Source of the DNA: Peptococcaceae bacterium
GTDB lineage: Bacteria > Bacillota > Peptococcia > Peptococcales > Peptococcaceae
NCBI GenBank assembly: GCA_017399005.1
Contig: JAFQEO010000039.1
Coordinates: 376 to 24,375, forward strand
Length of the DNA stretch: 24,000 bases
Direction: 5' to 3'
The notes under the pieces were generated by a model that was not told where the DNA came from, ran no database searches, and saw only the letters and a list, made by a program, of their open reading frames with translations. A program made the position numbers and the translations under genes. Each line of letters opens with the position of its first letter. Within the stretch, counting starts at the first letter, position 1. This document shows, in pieces, positions 6,420-16,082 of this stretch.

Positions 6420-7712
6420 TTACACGCTAAACCATTCCTCTTTGTATCGCTTATCCAGATAGTTTTTCAGCATCCAGACGATGGCAAAGGCCAGAACAAA
6501 CAATGCCAGATAGACTTTCCAGATTAGCATATAGCTCCCGGTGGCATCGAATACCAACCCGGATAAGAATGGCCCGAAGGATGCACCAATGGTATAGGCA
6601 ATGGTGGTAAGGCTTAAAATATCGGCATAATCACGCTGGCCGAAAAATCCGCTGACAATCTGCGGCATTCCTACGCTGGTGAAAATGCTGCCGCAGCTGT
6701 AGCAAAGCGCAAACAACAATGCCAGAAACGGTGCATCGGCCAGAAGCAGACAAACCATAGCCAGTATAAAGGTTCCAGCCATAAACAGTATCCCTGCACG
6801 GGTACCTCTGGCATCACACACCATACCCAGCACGATTTTGGCAACTACAATACAAACAGCCTCAAACGAGAACACAAAGGCAATAAACCCTGCCGTATGG
6901 CCAATGTCTGTCAGATAAGCCGCAATATGCATGTGCACCCCGCCGATTACCAGCGACCAGATGCAGATAGCAGCCAGAAACAGCCAGAAATAGCTTTTTG
7001 TACGAATATCACCGAGTTTGGCCCCGGGTGCCGGTGTTTCTGTTCTGTTATCTTCTATACTATCCTCAATATCCTCGATATTCTTCTGTTTTGTTTTTCG
7101 TCCCCGATATGGTTCCGCACCGCGTTCTGCAGGATCGCGATACGCAAACATCCAGGTAAGCGGCAGACAGAAGATTGCAATCAAAGCCCCCATTGCCACA
7201 TAACTGAACTGCCAGCCGAACCGGGCTAAAAGTGCCGTCAGCACCGGTGACAGAATCGCCATCCCGAACCCGCTTCCGGTAAAGGCAATCCCCATTGCCA
7301 GCCCCTTACGGTCGATAAACCAGTTATTGATTAACAGCGACCCTACCATCTGCGTACATCCGGCTGTGCCGATACCTACAATAGCTGCAATAATATAAAA
7401 GTGCCACGGTGCACGGGCCAGTGAATAGGATGCAAAGCCCCCGGCCACTAACAGGACACATACGCCCACCACATACCGCGCTGGATACTTTTTCAGCATT
7501 TTTGTAACTACAGGCAGAGCAAAGGCCACTGCCACACCCGAAATAGTAAACAGGAGTGAAAATGCGCTGCGTTCCATGCCAAGCCCCTCGGTTACCGGCA
7601 CCAGAAACATACTGTGCAGATTCTTAATAACGGCAAAGTTAAAAAACATCAATATAAAACAGTAAAACACAATTCCAAAGCAAAACAAACTCTGCTGTTT
7701 CTGTTGTTTCAT
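6420..7712 (-). CDS. MFS transporter (monocarboxylate/OFA-like), paralogue 1
   Basis: 430 aa, 12 TM-like; SD GGGGAGG; LHSMFLVPVTEGLGMERSAFSLLFTISG shared with the neighbouring gene. Confidence 0.85.
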   Translation of the reverse strand: MKQQKQQSLFCFGIVFYCFILMFFNFAVIKNLHSMFLVPVTEGLGMERSAFSLLFTISGVAVAFALPVVTKMLKKYPARYVVGVCVLLVAGGFASYSLARAPWHFYIIAAIVGIGTAGCTQMVGSLLINNWFIDRKGLAMGIAFTGSGFGMAILSPVLTALLARFGWQFSYVAMGALIAIFCLPLTWMFAYRDPAERGAEPYRGRKTKQKNIEDIEDSIEDNRTETPAPGAKLGDIRTKSYFWLFLAAICIWSLVIGGVHMHIAAYLTDIGHTAGFIAFVFSFEAVCIVVAKIVLGMVCDARGTRAGILFMAGTFILAMVCLLLADAPFLALLFALCYSCGSIFTSVGMPQIVSGFFGQRDYADILSLTTIAYTIGASFGPFLSGLVFDATGSYMLIWKVYLALFVLAFAIVWMLKNYLDKRYKEEWFSV

Positions 7713-7738
7713 GTTGTTTCCTCCCCGGAATCCTGCAT

Positions 7739-9007
7739 TTATTCTTGCATTTCAGAGCAGAACCACAGACTGTTATACCGCTTGTCCAGATGACTTTTCA
7801 CAAGCCACAGCAGAACTGCCGATACGCTAAACAGCACCAGATACACCATCCAGATGATACGGTAACTGCCCAGGGCATCAAAGGCCATCCCGGAAACAAA
7901 CGGCCCGAAGGAAGCGCCCAGAATATACGCCATGTTCACAATTCCCAGAATATCGGCATAACTTTTCTGCCCGAAGAAACCGCCAATTAACGATGGTATC
8001 CCAACGCTGGAAAACGAAATCCCGCAACCGTAGGAAACCGCAAACAGTACTGCCAGAACCGGCTGTTCTGCCATCAGAAGAAGTACCAGCCCCAGTGCAA
8101 AGGTGCCGGCCATAAAAAGCAGCCCTGCTTTGCTGCCTTTGGCATCAAAAATCATACCGGCTGCAATTTTCCCGATTATTAGGCTCACAGCCTCTACCGA
8201 ATACACCATTGCCACAAACTGTGCCGTATGCCCCACATCGGTCAAATAAGCCGGAAAATGAGAATGTATGCCGCCAATAGCAAAAGACCATCCCGCCATA
8301 CCAATCAGAAACATCCAGAAGAACCCTTTGCCGCGAATTGCCTTCAGTTCCGGCCCCTCCGGTTTGCTTATTTCAGTGGTGTTTTCTGTTTCTTTGCCAG
8401 AGCCGTCCCTGTAAGGCCGGGCGTTTTTCTCCGCCGGGCTGACAGCAGCCAGAAGCAGCGTTAGTGGAATACATACCGCCAGCATAACAATCCCGCAGAG
8501 CAGATAAGCCGTGCGCCACCCGTAAACGGTAATCAGATGGGTAACCACCGGTGAAAGCAGAGCAGCCCCAAAGCCGCTGCCGGTGAGGCCAATCCCCAGC
8601 GCCAGCCCTTTGCGGTCTTCAAACCAGTTATTGATTAACAGCGATGCCACCATCAGGGTGCATCCAGAGTTGCCGGCGCCCATTACAACGGCAATGGCAA
8701 AAAACTGCCAGAGTTCTGTTGCCTGTGAGAACATCGCAAAGCCCCCGCCAGACATCAGGATAGATACCGAAACAACAATCCGTGCAGGATATTTCTGCAG
8801 CAGTTTTGTCACCACCGGCAGCGAAGCCACCCCGGAAAGGCCGCTTATGGTAAACATCAGCGAAAAGGCGCTGCGCTCCATGCCCAGCCCTTCCGTCACC
8901 GGAACCAGAAACAGACTGTGCAGACTTCCCACAATGGTCTGCATCAGAAACATCAATATAAAGCTATAACCAACGATACTGAAACACCGCAATGTATTCT
9001 TTGTCAT
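7739..9007 (-). CDS. MFS transporter (monocarboxylate/OFA-like), paralogue 2
   Basis: LHSLFLVPVTEGLGMERSAFSLMFTISG...LLINNWFEDRKGLALGIGLTGSGFGAALLSPVV; start set at ATG 9007 with AAGGAG SD (track start 9061). Confidence 0.85.
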   Translation of the reverse strand: MTKNTLRCFSIVGYSFILMFLMQTIVGSLHSLFLVPVTEGLGMERSAFSLMFTISGLSGVASLPVVTKLLQKYPARIVVSVSILMSGGGFAMFSQATELWQFFAIAVVMGAGNSGCTLMVASLLINNWFEDRKGLALGIGLTGSGFGAALLSPVVTHLITVYGWRTAYLLCGIVMLAVCIPLTLLLAAVSPAEKNARPYRDGSGKETENTTEISKPEGPELKAIRGKGFFWMFLIGMAGWSFAIGGIHSHFPAYLTDVGHTAQFVAMVYSVEAVSLIIGKIAAGMIFDAKGSKAGLLFMAGTFALGLVLLLMAEQPVLAVLFAVSYGCGISFSSVGIPSLIGGFFGQKSYADILGIVNMAYILGASFGPFVSGMAFDALGSYRIIWMVYLVLFSVSAVLLWLVKSHLDKRYNSLWFCSEMQE

Positions 9008-9156
9008 TCTAAAATCTCCTTGTAAACCGTTTCTCATTTTTATCATTTTCATAATCTTCATTTATTATTAATGATAGCATGCCCGATTTATACATACAAA
9101 TATCATTTTCACGCCGCATATCAGGATATTCATTTATATTTTATTATTGAACATAA

Positions 9157-9190
9157 AACAGGCGCTGTCCGGTAATGGATAGCGCCTGTG
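9157..9190 (-). terminator. Rho-independent terminator of the galE-pgi unit
   Basis: Minus strand ACAGGCGCT...AGCGCCTG-TTTTAT just downstream of the pgi stop (9197). Confidence 0.8.
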
Positions 9191-9196
9191 TCGTTT

Positions 9197-10486
9197 TTAT
9201 TCCACTTCTTCTGCGTCTACAGTGTCATTTTTCAAAAAGGTTAAGAGTTTTTCTTTGTAGCGTTCTACGCCCGGCTGTACGAACGGGTCTAAATCGCTCA
9301 GCATGCAGCTTACGGCGCAGGCTTTTTCAAAGAAGTACACCATTTTCCCGAAGGAGTATGCGGAGATTTCCGGCAGGGTAATTACGATGTTTGGTGTGCC
9401 GTTTTCCAGATGGGCTTCTTTTACGCTTTCACGCACCAGCTGGTTCATCTGGTGCAGGGTTTTGGCATGGTCGGTAATGCCGTCCGGCAGCATGATATCG
9501 TAGGTAACGTCCTCGATGATGACTGCGGTTTCAAAGAAGTCCTGACGGCCTTCCTGCAGGAACTGGCCTAAGGAGTGCAGATCGGTAGACATCTGCATGG
9601 ATACCGGGAATACACCCTGGCCGTTCTGGCATTCGCTTTCACCGAAGAGCTGTTTCATCCATTCGGTGAAGTAGCGCAGTTTGCCATCGTATACTTCAAA
9701 TACCTCCATGCGTTTGTCCTGCTGTTCTTTTAACAGATGGCGGGTCAGCGCATAGCGGTAGCAGTCGTTGGTGGTTAAATCCGGATCTGCGGTGGCAGCC
9801 TGTGCCTGACGGGCACCCTGCAGCACTGCCTCTAAATCGATACCGGCTACGGCAATCGGCAGTAACCCAACCGGTGTTAATACGGAGAAGCGGCCTACGA
9901 TGTCATCAGGCACATCAAATGTGGTGTAGCCTTTTTCGTTGGCTTCATCGCGCAGTTTGCCTTTGCTTCCGGTTACCACATAGATGCGTTCGTTTGCTTC
10001 GTCGCCGTATTTCTCTTCCATGAATTTTTTGAACATCTCAAATACAATCATCGGTTCCAGAGTGTTGCCGGAACGGGAAATCACACAAACGGCAACTTCC
10101 TCTTTGCGTAAACGATGGAACAGTTCATGGTAGTACACGCTGCTTAAATGGTGGCCTGCAAAATAGATTTTCGGCAGGTTGCGTTCTTTTGCAAAGAATT
10201 CGTTATAAAACGGAGACTGTAATAATTCCAGACATGCTTTAGCACCTAAGTAAGAGCCGCCCACACCGATTACCACAAAAGCTGTGCACTGTTTCTGGAT
10301 TCTCCATGCAGTGGTCATAATCTGCCATACTAAATCGCCTTCCACAGCCGACGGATAATCCACCCAGCCGGTGAAACCGTTTTTGCCGCTGTGCAGTTCT
10401 TCGTGAATAGCATTTACCTTTTCCTGATACTGAGCCACTGGCAGTTCGGCAATGGCCTGAGAAACATCTACTCTGATTTCAGACAT
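9197..10486 (-). CDS. pgi: Glucose-6-phosphate isomerase
   Basis: FVVIGVGGSYLGAKACLE..., VISRSGNTLEP, PVGLLPIAVAGID, GQFLQEG..FFETAV motifs of bacterial Pgi. Confidence 0.96.
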   Translation of the reverse strand: MSEIRVDVSQAIAELPVAQYQEKVNAIHEELHSGKNGFTGWVDYPSAVEGDLVWQIMTTAWRIQKQCTAFVVIGVGGSYLGAKACLELLQSPFYNEFFAKERNLPKIYFAGHHLSSVYYHELFHRLRKEEVAVCVISRSGNTLEPMIVFEMFKKFMEEKYGDEANERIYVVTGSKGKLRDEANEKGYTTFDVPDDIVGRFSVLTPVGLLPIAVAGIDLEAVLQGARQAQAATADPDLTTNDCYRYALTRHLLKEQQDKRMEVFEVYDGKLRYFTEWMKQLFGESECQNGQGVFPVSMQMSTDLHSLGQFLQEGRQDFFETAVIIEDVTYDIMLPDGITDHAKTLHQMNQLVRESVKEAHLENGTPNIVITLPEISAYSFGKMVYFFEKACAVSCMLSDLDPFVQPGVERYKEKLLTFLKNDTVDAEEVE

Positions 10487-10517
10487 AATAATCGCTCCTT
10501 TGTATATGAATTCCTAA

Positions 10518-11525
10518 TTAATAGCCCTGCGGATTCTGCCGCTGCCAGTTCCAGGCATCCCGGCACATATCCTCAATGGTGCGGGTGGCTTTCCAGCCCA
10601 TCTCCCGCTCTGCTTTGGACGCATCGGCATAAAACTCGGCAATATCGCCTGCCCGACGGTCATAGATTTTATATGGAATGGTCAAATCGTTGGCTTTTTC
10701 AAAGGCATGTACCAGCTGTAATACGCTGACACCGCTGCCGGTGCCCAGATTATAAATCAGTACACCTTTCTCCTCGCACAGTTTTTCCAGTGCTTTCACA
10801 TGGCCGATGGCCAGGTCCATTACATGAATGTAATCGCGCACCCCGCTGCCGTCCACAGTTGGGTAATCGTTGCCCCACACGCGCAGATGGTCCCGCTTGC
10901 CGCTTGCCACCTGGGTAATGTACGGCATCAGATTATTCGGGATACCCTGCGGGTCTTCACCGATACGGCCGCTTTCATGGGCCCCGATTGGATTAAAATA
11001 ACGCAGCAGCGCAACGGACCAGTCTGGCTCCACATTGGCAACATCTTTCAAGATGCGCTCACTCATCACTTTGGTTTCCCCGTACGGATTGGTGGTTGGC
11101 AGTAAATCCATGGTTTCCACAAACGGGATGGCATTTTCGCCGTATACCGTTGCGGAAGAGCTGAACACAAATTTATTCACGCCGTGGCGTTTCATCACAT
11201 TGCATAAGGTTAATGTGCTAACCACATTGTTATAGTAATAGCGTACCGGCTGCTCCACCGATTCGCCCACCGCTTTCAGCCCGGCAAAATGAATCACGCC
11301 GTCAATCTGCTGCTCGGTGAAGATGTTTTCTACTGCCGCCTCGTCGGTGACATCCACCTGATAAAAGGTAATCGGTTTACCGGTCAGTTCCTGCACACGG
11401 CGCAGCGATTCCTCCTTGCTGTTGCACAGATTATCAGCCACCACAACCTCGTGCCCTGCCTCCAGCAGAACCAGACAGGTGTGGCTCCCGATGTATCCGG
11501 CACCGCCTGCTACTAAAATACGCAT
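10518..11525 (-). CDS. galE: UDP-glucose 4-epimerase
   Basis: MRILVAGGAGYIGSHTCLVLLEAGHEVVVADNL...FSSSATVYG...NPYGETK...LRYFNPIGAHESGRIGEDPQGIPNNLMP... Confidence 0.97.
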   Translation of the reverse strand: MRILVAGGAGYIGSHTCLVLLEAGHEVVVADNLCNSKEESLRRVQELTGKPITFYQVDVTDEAAVENIFTEQQIDGVIHFAGLKAVGESVEQPVRYYYNNVVSTLTLCNVMKRHGVNKFVFSSSATVYGENAIPFVETMDLLPTTNPYGETKVMSERILKDVANVEPDWSVALLRYFNPIGAHESGRIGEDPQGIPNNLMPYITQVASGKRDHLRVWGNDYPTVDGSGVRDYIHVMDLAIGHVKALEKLCEEKGVLIYNLGTGSGVSVLQLVHAFEKANDLTIPYKIYDRRAGDIAEFYADASKAEREMGWKATRTIEDMCRDAWNWQRQNPQGY

Positions 11526-11768
11526 CTATCAAAACCCTCTTTCTGACAGGATTATTATCACTACCTTATTATTTTATCACACTTTAAAGCCCTGTCCAAC
11601 AGGATTTCCGCCAGTCTGAAAGATTTTGCCAGAATTTAAGAAAATCTTTGCAGAATCATAACAAATCCATCAAAACTTTATGCTACAATATACCTGTTCC
11701 TTACAGGACTTTGACAAGAAATGATGAAATCCTGTATAAACCATAAAACAGAAACGAGGTATGAAGTT

Positions 11769-13268
11769 ATGAAAAAAAGATATGCATTATCCGCGGCACT
11801 GATTGCCGGATTGCTCTGTTTTGGATGCAGCAGTGCGGACAGCGGCACTATTAAAATTGCCCTGAGCAATGAAGCAGTTACCATAGGTGACAAGGCCGTT
11901 CAAACTCTTACCGAGGGCAGCAGCCGTGCGGTTTACAGCTCATCCATCGTGGAAACCCATGAGGATGTGGCTGCGGAATACAAAGATACCGAAAATACAA
12001 TTATTCATATCACCCAGGCCGGTGATTACGAATTCACAGGCACCATGGACAATGTGCAGATTCGTGTAAATGCTCCAGAACAGGAAGTGAATCTGATTTT
12101 AAACGGTGTGGAACTCTCAAACCACACTGCACCTGCTATTTATATTGAAAATGCAGCCGACCGTAAAACAGCCGGGGAAGCCGGGGCAAGAATCACGCTG
12201 GCGGAAGGCAGCACCAATATCATAAACGGCTCTCATGTGGCTGAATACACCGATGAAAACGGTGTGGAAATTGATAACGACGGAGCCGTCTCGTCCAATG
12301 TATCGCTGCTGATTGACGGCACCGGCACATTACAGGTAACCGGTGATAAAGAGGGTATTGAATCCAAAATGCATCTCACCATTAATGGCGGCACCATCCA
12401 GATTGCATCCAGCGATGATGCGCTCAATGCCAGTGAGGACAGTGTATCCACCATCACCATCAATGACGGCATCATCAACTGCGCTATTGCAAACGGTTCC
12501 GAAGGAGACGGCATTGACTCCAACGGCTATATTTATGTAAACGGCGGATTTGTTGTGGCACAGGCCCACAGTTCCAGTCAGGACAGCGGCCTGGATGCGG
12601 ATTTAGGCATTATCATCAATGGCGGCACCGTATGTGCCACCGGCAATATGTATGAGGAAATCTCTGATGAATCGGCACAGCAGCATGCACAGTTCTATTT
12701 TGCAGAAAAGCAGAAAGGCAATGTGCCAATGGTTATCACCGACACCGACGGCAATTATGTACTGGCTTATACACCAGTCAACGATTTCAGTATTCTGGAA
12801 TTCTCCTCTGCTGATTTAGCGGATGGCCAGACCTATTATCTGTATAGTGGGGGCAATCTGACCGGCTCGGTAACCAACGGTATCTACACCGAGGTAGAAA
12901 GTTACACCGGCGGCATCCAGCTGGCTCACAGAGGCATTATGCAGGGCGGCGGTCGTCCGCAGATGCCAGCCGGAGAAATGCCGGAAGGCTTTGATCCATC
13001 TCAGATGCAGCGCCCGGAAGGTCAGAACCCGCCGGAAAGACCGGAAGACAGCCAGAGACCAGAACGTCCACAAAACCAGATGCCGGAAGGCTTTGACCCT
13101 GAAAATCTGCCGGCACCTCCGGAAGGATTCGACCCGTCTCAAATGCAGGGTGGTTTCCCGGGCGGCAAAGCGAATTTTGATAAAAATACTCCGCAATCCG
13201 TTGAATTTACCGTTAGTGCAGACAGCCGCGTATATCACGGCATCGCACCATACACCGAAACCGAATAA
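11769..13268 (+). CDS. Carbohydrate-binding-domain lipoprotein (Cthe_2159-like beta-helix) with a Pro/Gln/Met-rich C-terminal region
   Basis: Signal peptide with lipobox LLCFGC; repeated beta-helix pattern VNLILNGVELSNHTAPAIYIENAD..., GTLQVTGDKEGIESKMHLTINGGTIQIASSDDALNA.... Start set at ATG 11769 rather than 11721. Confidence 0.82.
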   Translation: MKKRYALSAALIAGLLCFGCSSADSGTIKIALSNEAVTIGDKAVQTLTEGSSRAVYSSSIVETHEDVAAEYKDTENTIIHITQAGDYEFTGTMDNVQIRVNAPEQEVNLILNGVELSNHTAPAIYIENAADRKTAGEAGARITLAEGSTNIINGSHVAEYTDENGVEIDNDGAVSSNVSLLIDGTGTLQVTGDKEGIESKMHLTINGGTIQIASSDDALNASEDSVSTITINDGIINCAIANGSEGDGIDSNGYIYVNGGFVVAQAHSSSQDSGLDADLGIIINGGTVCATGNMYEEISDESAQQHAQFYFAEKQKGNVPMVITDTDGNYVLAYTPVNDFSILEFSSADLADGQTYYLYSGGNLTGSVTNGIYTEVESYTGGIQLAHRGIMQGGGRPQMPAGEMPEGFDPSQMQRPEGQNPPERPEDSQRPERPQNQMPEGFDPENLPAPPEGFDPSQMQGGFPGGKANFDKNTPQSVEFTVSADSRVYHGIAPYTETE

Positions 13269-13277
13269 CATAGCAAA

Positions 13278-13303
13278 AGCCAGCCGAAATCAATCGGCTG
13301 GCT
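13278..13303 (+). terminator. Terminator of the carbohydrate-binding lipoprotein gene
   Basis: AGCCAGCCGA AATCAA TCGGCTGGCT followed by TCTGTTTT, 9 nt after the stop. Confidence 0.75.
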
Positions 13304-13433
13304 TCTGTTTTATACAGATTATCCGGCAGGCGTCGCCGCTCCTGCATCTCTTTTGACCACTAGGGTGTGTGGTTGCAACGAAATTTACCACCTCAGATAA
13401 TCTCCTTACAATTATATACTAATTATATTCTGC

Positions 13434-13811
13434 TTATTCCTTTTTGTAAAGAACCTGTTTATTACGCAGATAGTTCTGTAACCGTTTTTCGCTAATCCGC
13501 CAACATGAAATAACAGAATTCTTATATGTTATATTATCTTGTGAAGTGCAAATACGCAAAACAAGCTGTAAGTATTCATTCTCCAACTCAATCCTTTTAA
13601 ACACCAGCCCCGAATTTTTGTGTTTGTCAGCAATAATGTAATCCGGAGATTCTATCGCCAGTTTTAAATATTGAATAATATCAGGATATGTCTCAGGATG
13701 TCGTTCTAAAATATGCTGCAGTTGATTATCCGTTAAAATCACTTCATCTGTCGCTACATCGTCTGTTATGCATTTATAAATTTTTCGGTCAATCTTCCCG
13801 AGTTGATACAA
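13434..13811 (-). CDS. Small PBECR/barnase-EndoU-RelE-like nuclease-fold domain protein (tentative)
   Basis: VILTDNQLQHILERHPETYPDIIQYLKLAIESPDYIIADKHKNSGLVFKRIE...LQLVLRICTS...NSVISCWRISEKRLQNYLRNKQVLYKK pattern. TTG start; promoter TTGAAA-N16-TATAAT at 13844-13871 (minus). Confidence 0.55.
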   Translation of the reverse strand: MYQLGKIDRKIYKCITDDVATDEVILTDNQLQHILERHPETYPDIIQYLKLAIESPDYIIADKHKNSGLVFKRIELENEYLQLVLRICTSQDNITYKNSVISCWRISEKRLQNYLRNKQVLYKKE

Positions 13812-13843
13812 TAGGATAACATCTCCTCATACAAGTTACCATT

Positions 13844-13871
13844 ATTATATCACTTTTGGGAATATTTTCAA
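13844..13871 (-). promoter_or_regulatory. Candidate promoter of the 13434-13811 gene (TTGAAA-N16-TATAAT)
   Basis: Minus-strand consensus hexamers just upstream. Confidence 0.6.
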
Positions 13872-13887
13872 TGCTTTTTCAGTATTA

Positions 13888-14712
13888 TTATTCCTCCTGT
13901 TCTGGTATTGCCCACGGCTGCATAATATCTGCAAGTTTTTCATACTTCCATGTATAAATGCTGCTGGAATCCTCTCGCAGTGTTCCCTGCGGATAAATAA
14001 TATGCAGTGCATCCGGGAACCAGACAAGATACTCCAACGAAAACAGAGCTTTCATTTCGTCACGCATGGTTTCTTGCCCAGGAGGGAGTTTATTCAACAA
14101 AGCATCGCAGATTCCCTCTTTCGGAATGATAAACATATCTGTTGAGGGAATCACATCCCCCGTTATGCGGTCAAATGCTGCACACAAATACAAATCCGTT
14201 CCCGTATTCGCTTCTACATCAACTGGAATATACACGGAAGTAAGAAACCACATCACTTTGTCATTAGACGCTGCAGGAGCTACAGACTGATCCACAAAGG
14301 CTTTAGAATATCCTTTTCCTTGTTTCTGCAGAGTCAGATATCCAGAATATCTTTTCTCCAGTTCTTCACCAATGTCATAAAGAATCCCCTTCTTTACATA
14401 ATATGTCTTCACGTTTTTCTGAGCCTCTGCGGTTAAGTCATCAAAGCTCTCCTGTCCGCCAACGTACACGTTCTCCGGGCTGATACTGCATCGTTCTCTC
14501 AATAATTCTGTTCCATCCGCAAGCCGGTAATAATTTGTATCACCCCATTCATCGTTCCATAAATCCACACAGGTTCCATCTGTTAACGTATAGATATTTT
14601 CCTGCACCAGATGATATTCTATTTCCGGTTCTTCAAGTTTTGGATATTCGCATCCAGTAAACAGCAGCATTGAAAATAAAAGCAGCATCCATAACAGTTT
14701 TCGTTTCATCAT
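13888..14712 (-). CDS. Hypothetical lipoprotein
   Basis: MMKRKLLWMLLLFSMLLFTGCEYP lipobox; ATGA overlap with the upstream gene suggests translational coupling. Confidence 0.75.
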   Translation of the reverse strand: MMKRKLLWMLLLFSMLLFTGCEYPKLEEPEIEYHLVQENIYTLTDGTCVDLWNDEWGDTNYYRLADGTELLRERCSISPENVYVGGQESFDDLTAEAQKNVKTYYVKKGILYDIGEELEKRYSGYLTLQKQGKGYSKAFVDQSVAPAASNDKVMWFLTSVYIPVDVEANTGTDLYLCAAFDRITGDVIPSTDMFIIPKEGICDALLNKLPPGQETMRDEMKALFSLEYLVWFPDALHIIYPQGTLREDSSSIYTWKYEKLADIMQPWAIPEQEE

Positions 14713-15014
14713 AGCACCTCTTTTCTATAGAATCCACCTTCCCAGTCCCAGAACACATAAATGTAATCTCCATCATTATCACCCTTCACAGAATAAACCC
14801 GCATTGTTATATGACTGTTTTCCACTTTTCCAAGATAGGTTCCGCGGTCTTTACGGCTAAAATCCGTGAAAAGGTCTCTTTCATAAACTACATCATTGAT
14901 TGTGATACGTTCATTTTCTAATCCGCTGACGGTTCCTATAACTTTATTATTGCTATAGTACATCACTCCCGCCAGACAAATCAGCAGAACAAAAAACGCA
15001 AGCACTTTTTTCAT
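14709..15014 (-). CDS. Hypothetical small membrane/secreted protein
   Basis: MKKVLAFFVLLICLAGVMYYSNNKVIGTVSG...; start set at ATG 15014; GGGAGGGTG SD upstream. Confidence 0.7.
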   Translation of the reverse strand: MKKVLAFFVLLICLAGVMYYSNNKVIGTVSGLENERITINDVVYERDLFTDFSRKDRGTYLGKVENSHITMRVYSVKGDNDGDYIYVFWDWEGGFYRKEVL

Positions 15015-15092
15015 AAGACACCCTCCCGGAACCATTGTATGTTGCCACTTTGAATATCAGCTGATATTTCTACAAATTCAGTATAACATAAA

Positions 15093-15118
15093 AAGGACTT
15101 TCGCGCACGAAAGTCCTT
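15093..15118 (-). terminator. Rho-independent terminator of the transketolase unit
   Basis: AAGGACTTTCG TGCG CGAAAGTCCTT followed by TTTATG on the minus strand, just past the stop at 15132. Confidence 0.85.
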
Positions 15119-15131
15119 CATAAATCTCTTC

Positions 15132-16067
15132 TTATTTTTTTGCGATTACGGCTTTTGCTTTTGCCGCGATGTTTGCTGCGGTTAAGCCGTATTTTTCCAG
15201 CAGTTCGTCCGGCAGACCGGATTCACCAAATTTATCTTCCACGCCTACGCGAGCCATTGGAACCGGGCAGTTTTCTACTAATACTTCTGCCACAGCGCTG
15301 CCTAAGCCGCCATAGATGTTGTGTTCTTCTGCGGTTACCACTGCGCCTGTTTTCTGAGCCATTTCAGTAATCAGCGCGTTATCCAGCGGTTTGATGGTGC
15401 TGATGTTTACAACCGCTGCGGAAATGCCATCGGCTGCTAATAATTCAGCGGCTTCCATAGCTTTGCTTACCATGATGCCGGTACCAATCAGGGTTACATC
15501 GGTACCTTCTTTCAGCACAACGCCTTTACCGATTTCAAATTTGTAATCGTCACCCAGTAATACTGGAACTTTTGGACGGCCTAAACGAATGTATACAGGG
15601 CCCTGATGTTCCGCCGCTGCCATTACCACCTGTTTTGTTTCCACACCGTCGGCAGGAACGATAACGGTCATGTTTGGAACTGCACGCATTAATGCGATAT
15701 CTTCCAGCATCTGATGCGAACCGCCGTCTTCCCCTACAGTTAAGCCTGCATGGGTAGCTGCAATTTTCACATTCAGGTTTGGATATGCGATAGAGTTACG
15801 AATCTGGTCGTAGGCACGGCCCACTGCAAAGACTGCAAAGCTGCTTGCAAACGGAATTTTGCCGGCAGCAGCAAAGCCAGCTGCGGTGCCTAACAGGTTC
15901 TGTTCTGCGATGCCTAAGTTAAAGAAACGTTCCGGATATACTTTTTTGAAATCGTTTGTTTTGGTAGATTTGGACAGGTCGGCGTCCAGTACGACAACCT
16001 TGTCATTGATTGCGCCCAGTTCAGCTAAAGCCTGACCATAAGCGTCACGTGTTGCGATATTGGCCAT
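15132..16067 (-). CDS. Transketolase, C-terminal subunit (split transketolase)
   Basis: AEQNLLGTAAGFAAAGKIPFASSFAVFAVGRAYDQIRNSIAYPNLNVKIAATHAGLTVGEDGGSHQMLEDIALMR signature. Confidence 0.95.
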   Translation of the reverse strand: MANIATRDAYGQALAELGAINDKVVVLDADLSKSTKTNDFKKVYPERFFNLGIAEQNLLGTAAGFAAAGKIPFASSFAVFAVGRAYDQIRNSIAYPNLNVKIAATHAGLTVGEDGGSHQMLEDIALMRAVPNMTVIVPADGVETKQVVMAAAEHQGPVYIRLGRPKVPVLLGDDYKFEIGKGVVLKEGTDVTLIGTGIMVSKAMEAAELLAADGISAAVVNISTIKPLDNALITEMAQKTGAVVTAEEHNIYGGLGSAVAEVLVENCPVPMARVGVEDKFGESGLPDELLEKYGLTAANIAAKAKAVIAKK

Positions 16068-16082
16068 TGTTCTGTTCCTCCT

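Noticed and set aside
13310-13433. Possible tiny ORF (GTG GTA AAT TTC GTT GCA...) and weak hairpins in the gap before the PBECR-like gene
   Set aside because: Contains an SD-like AAGGAG, but no supporting composition, domain or conservation visible, and stems are only about 5 bp.
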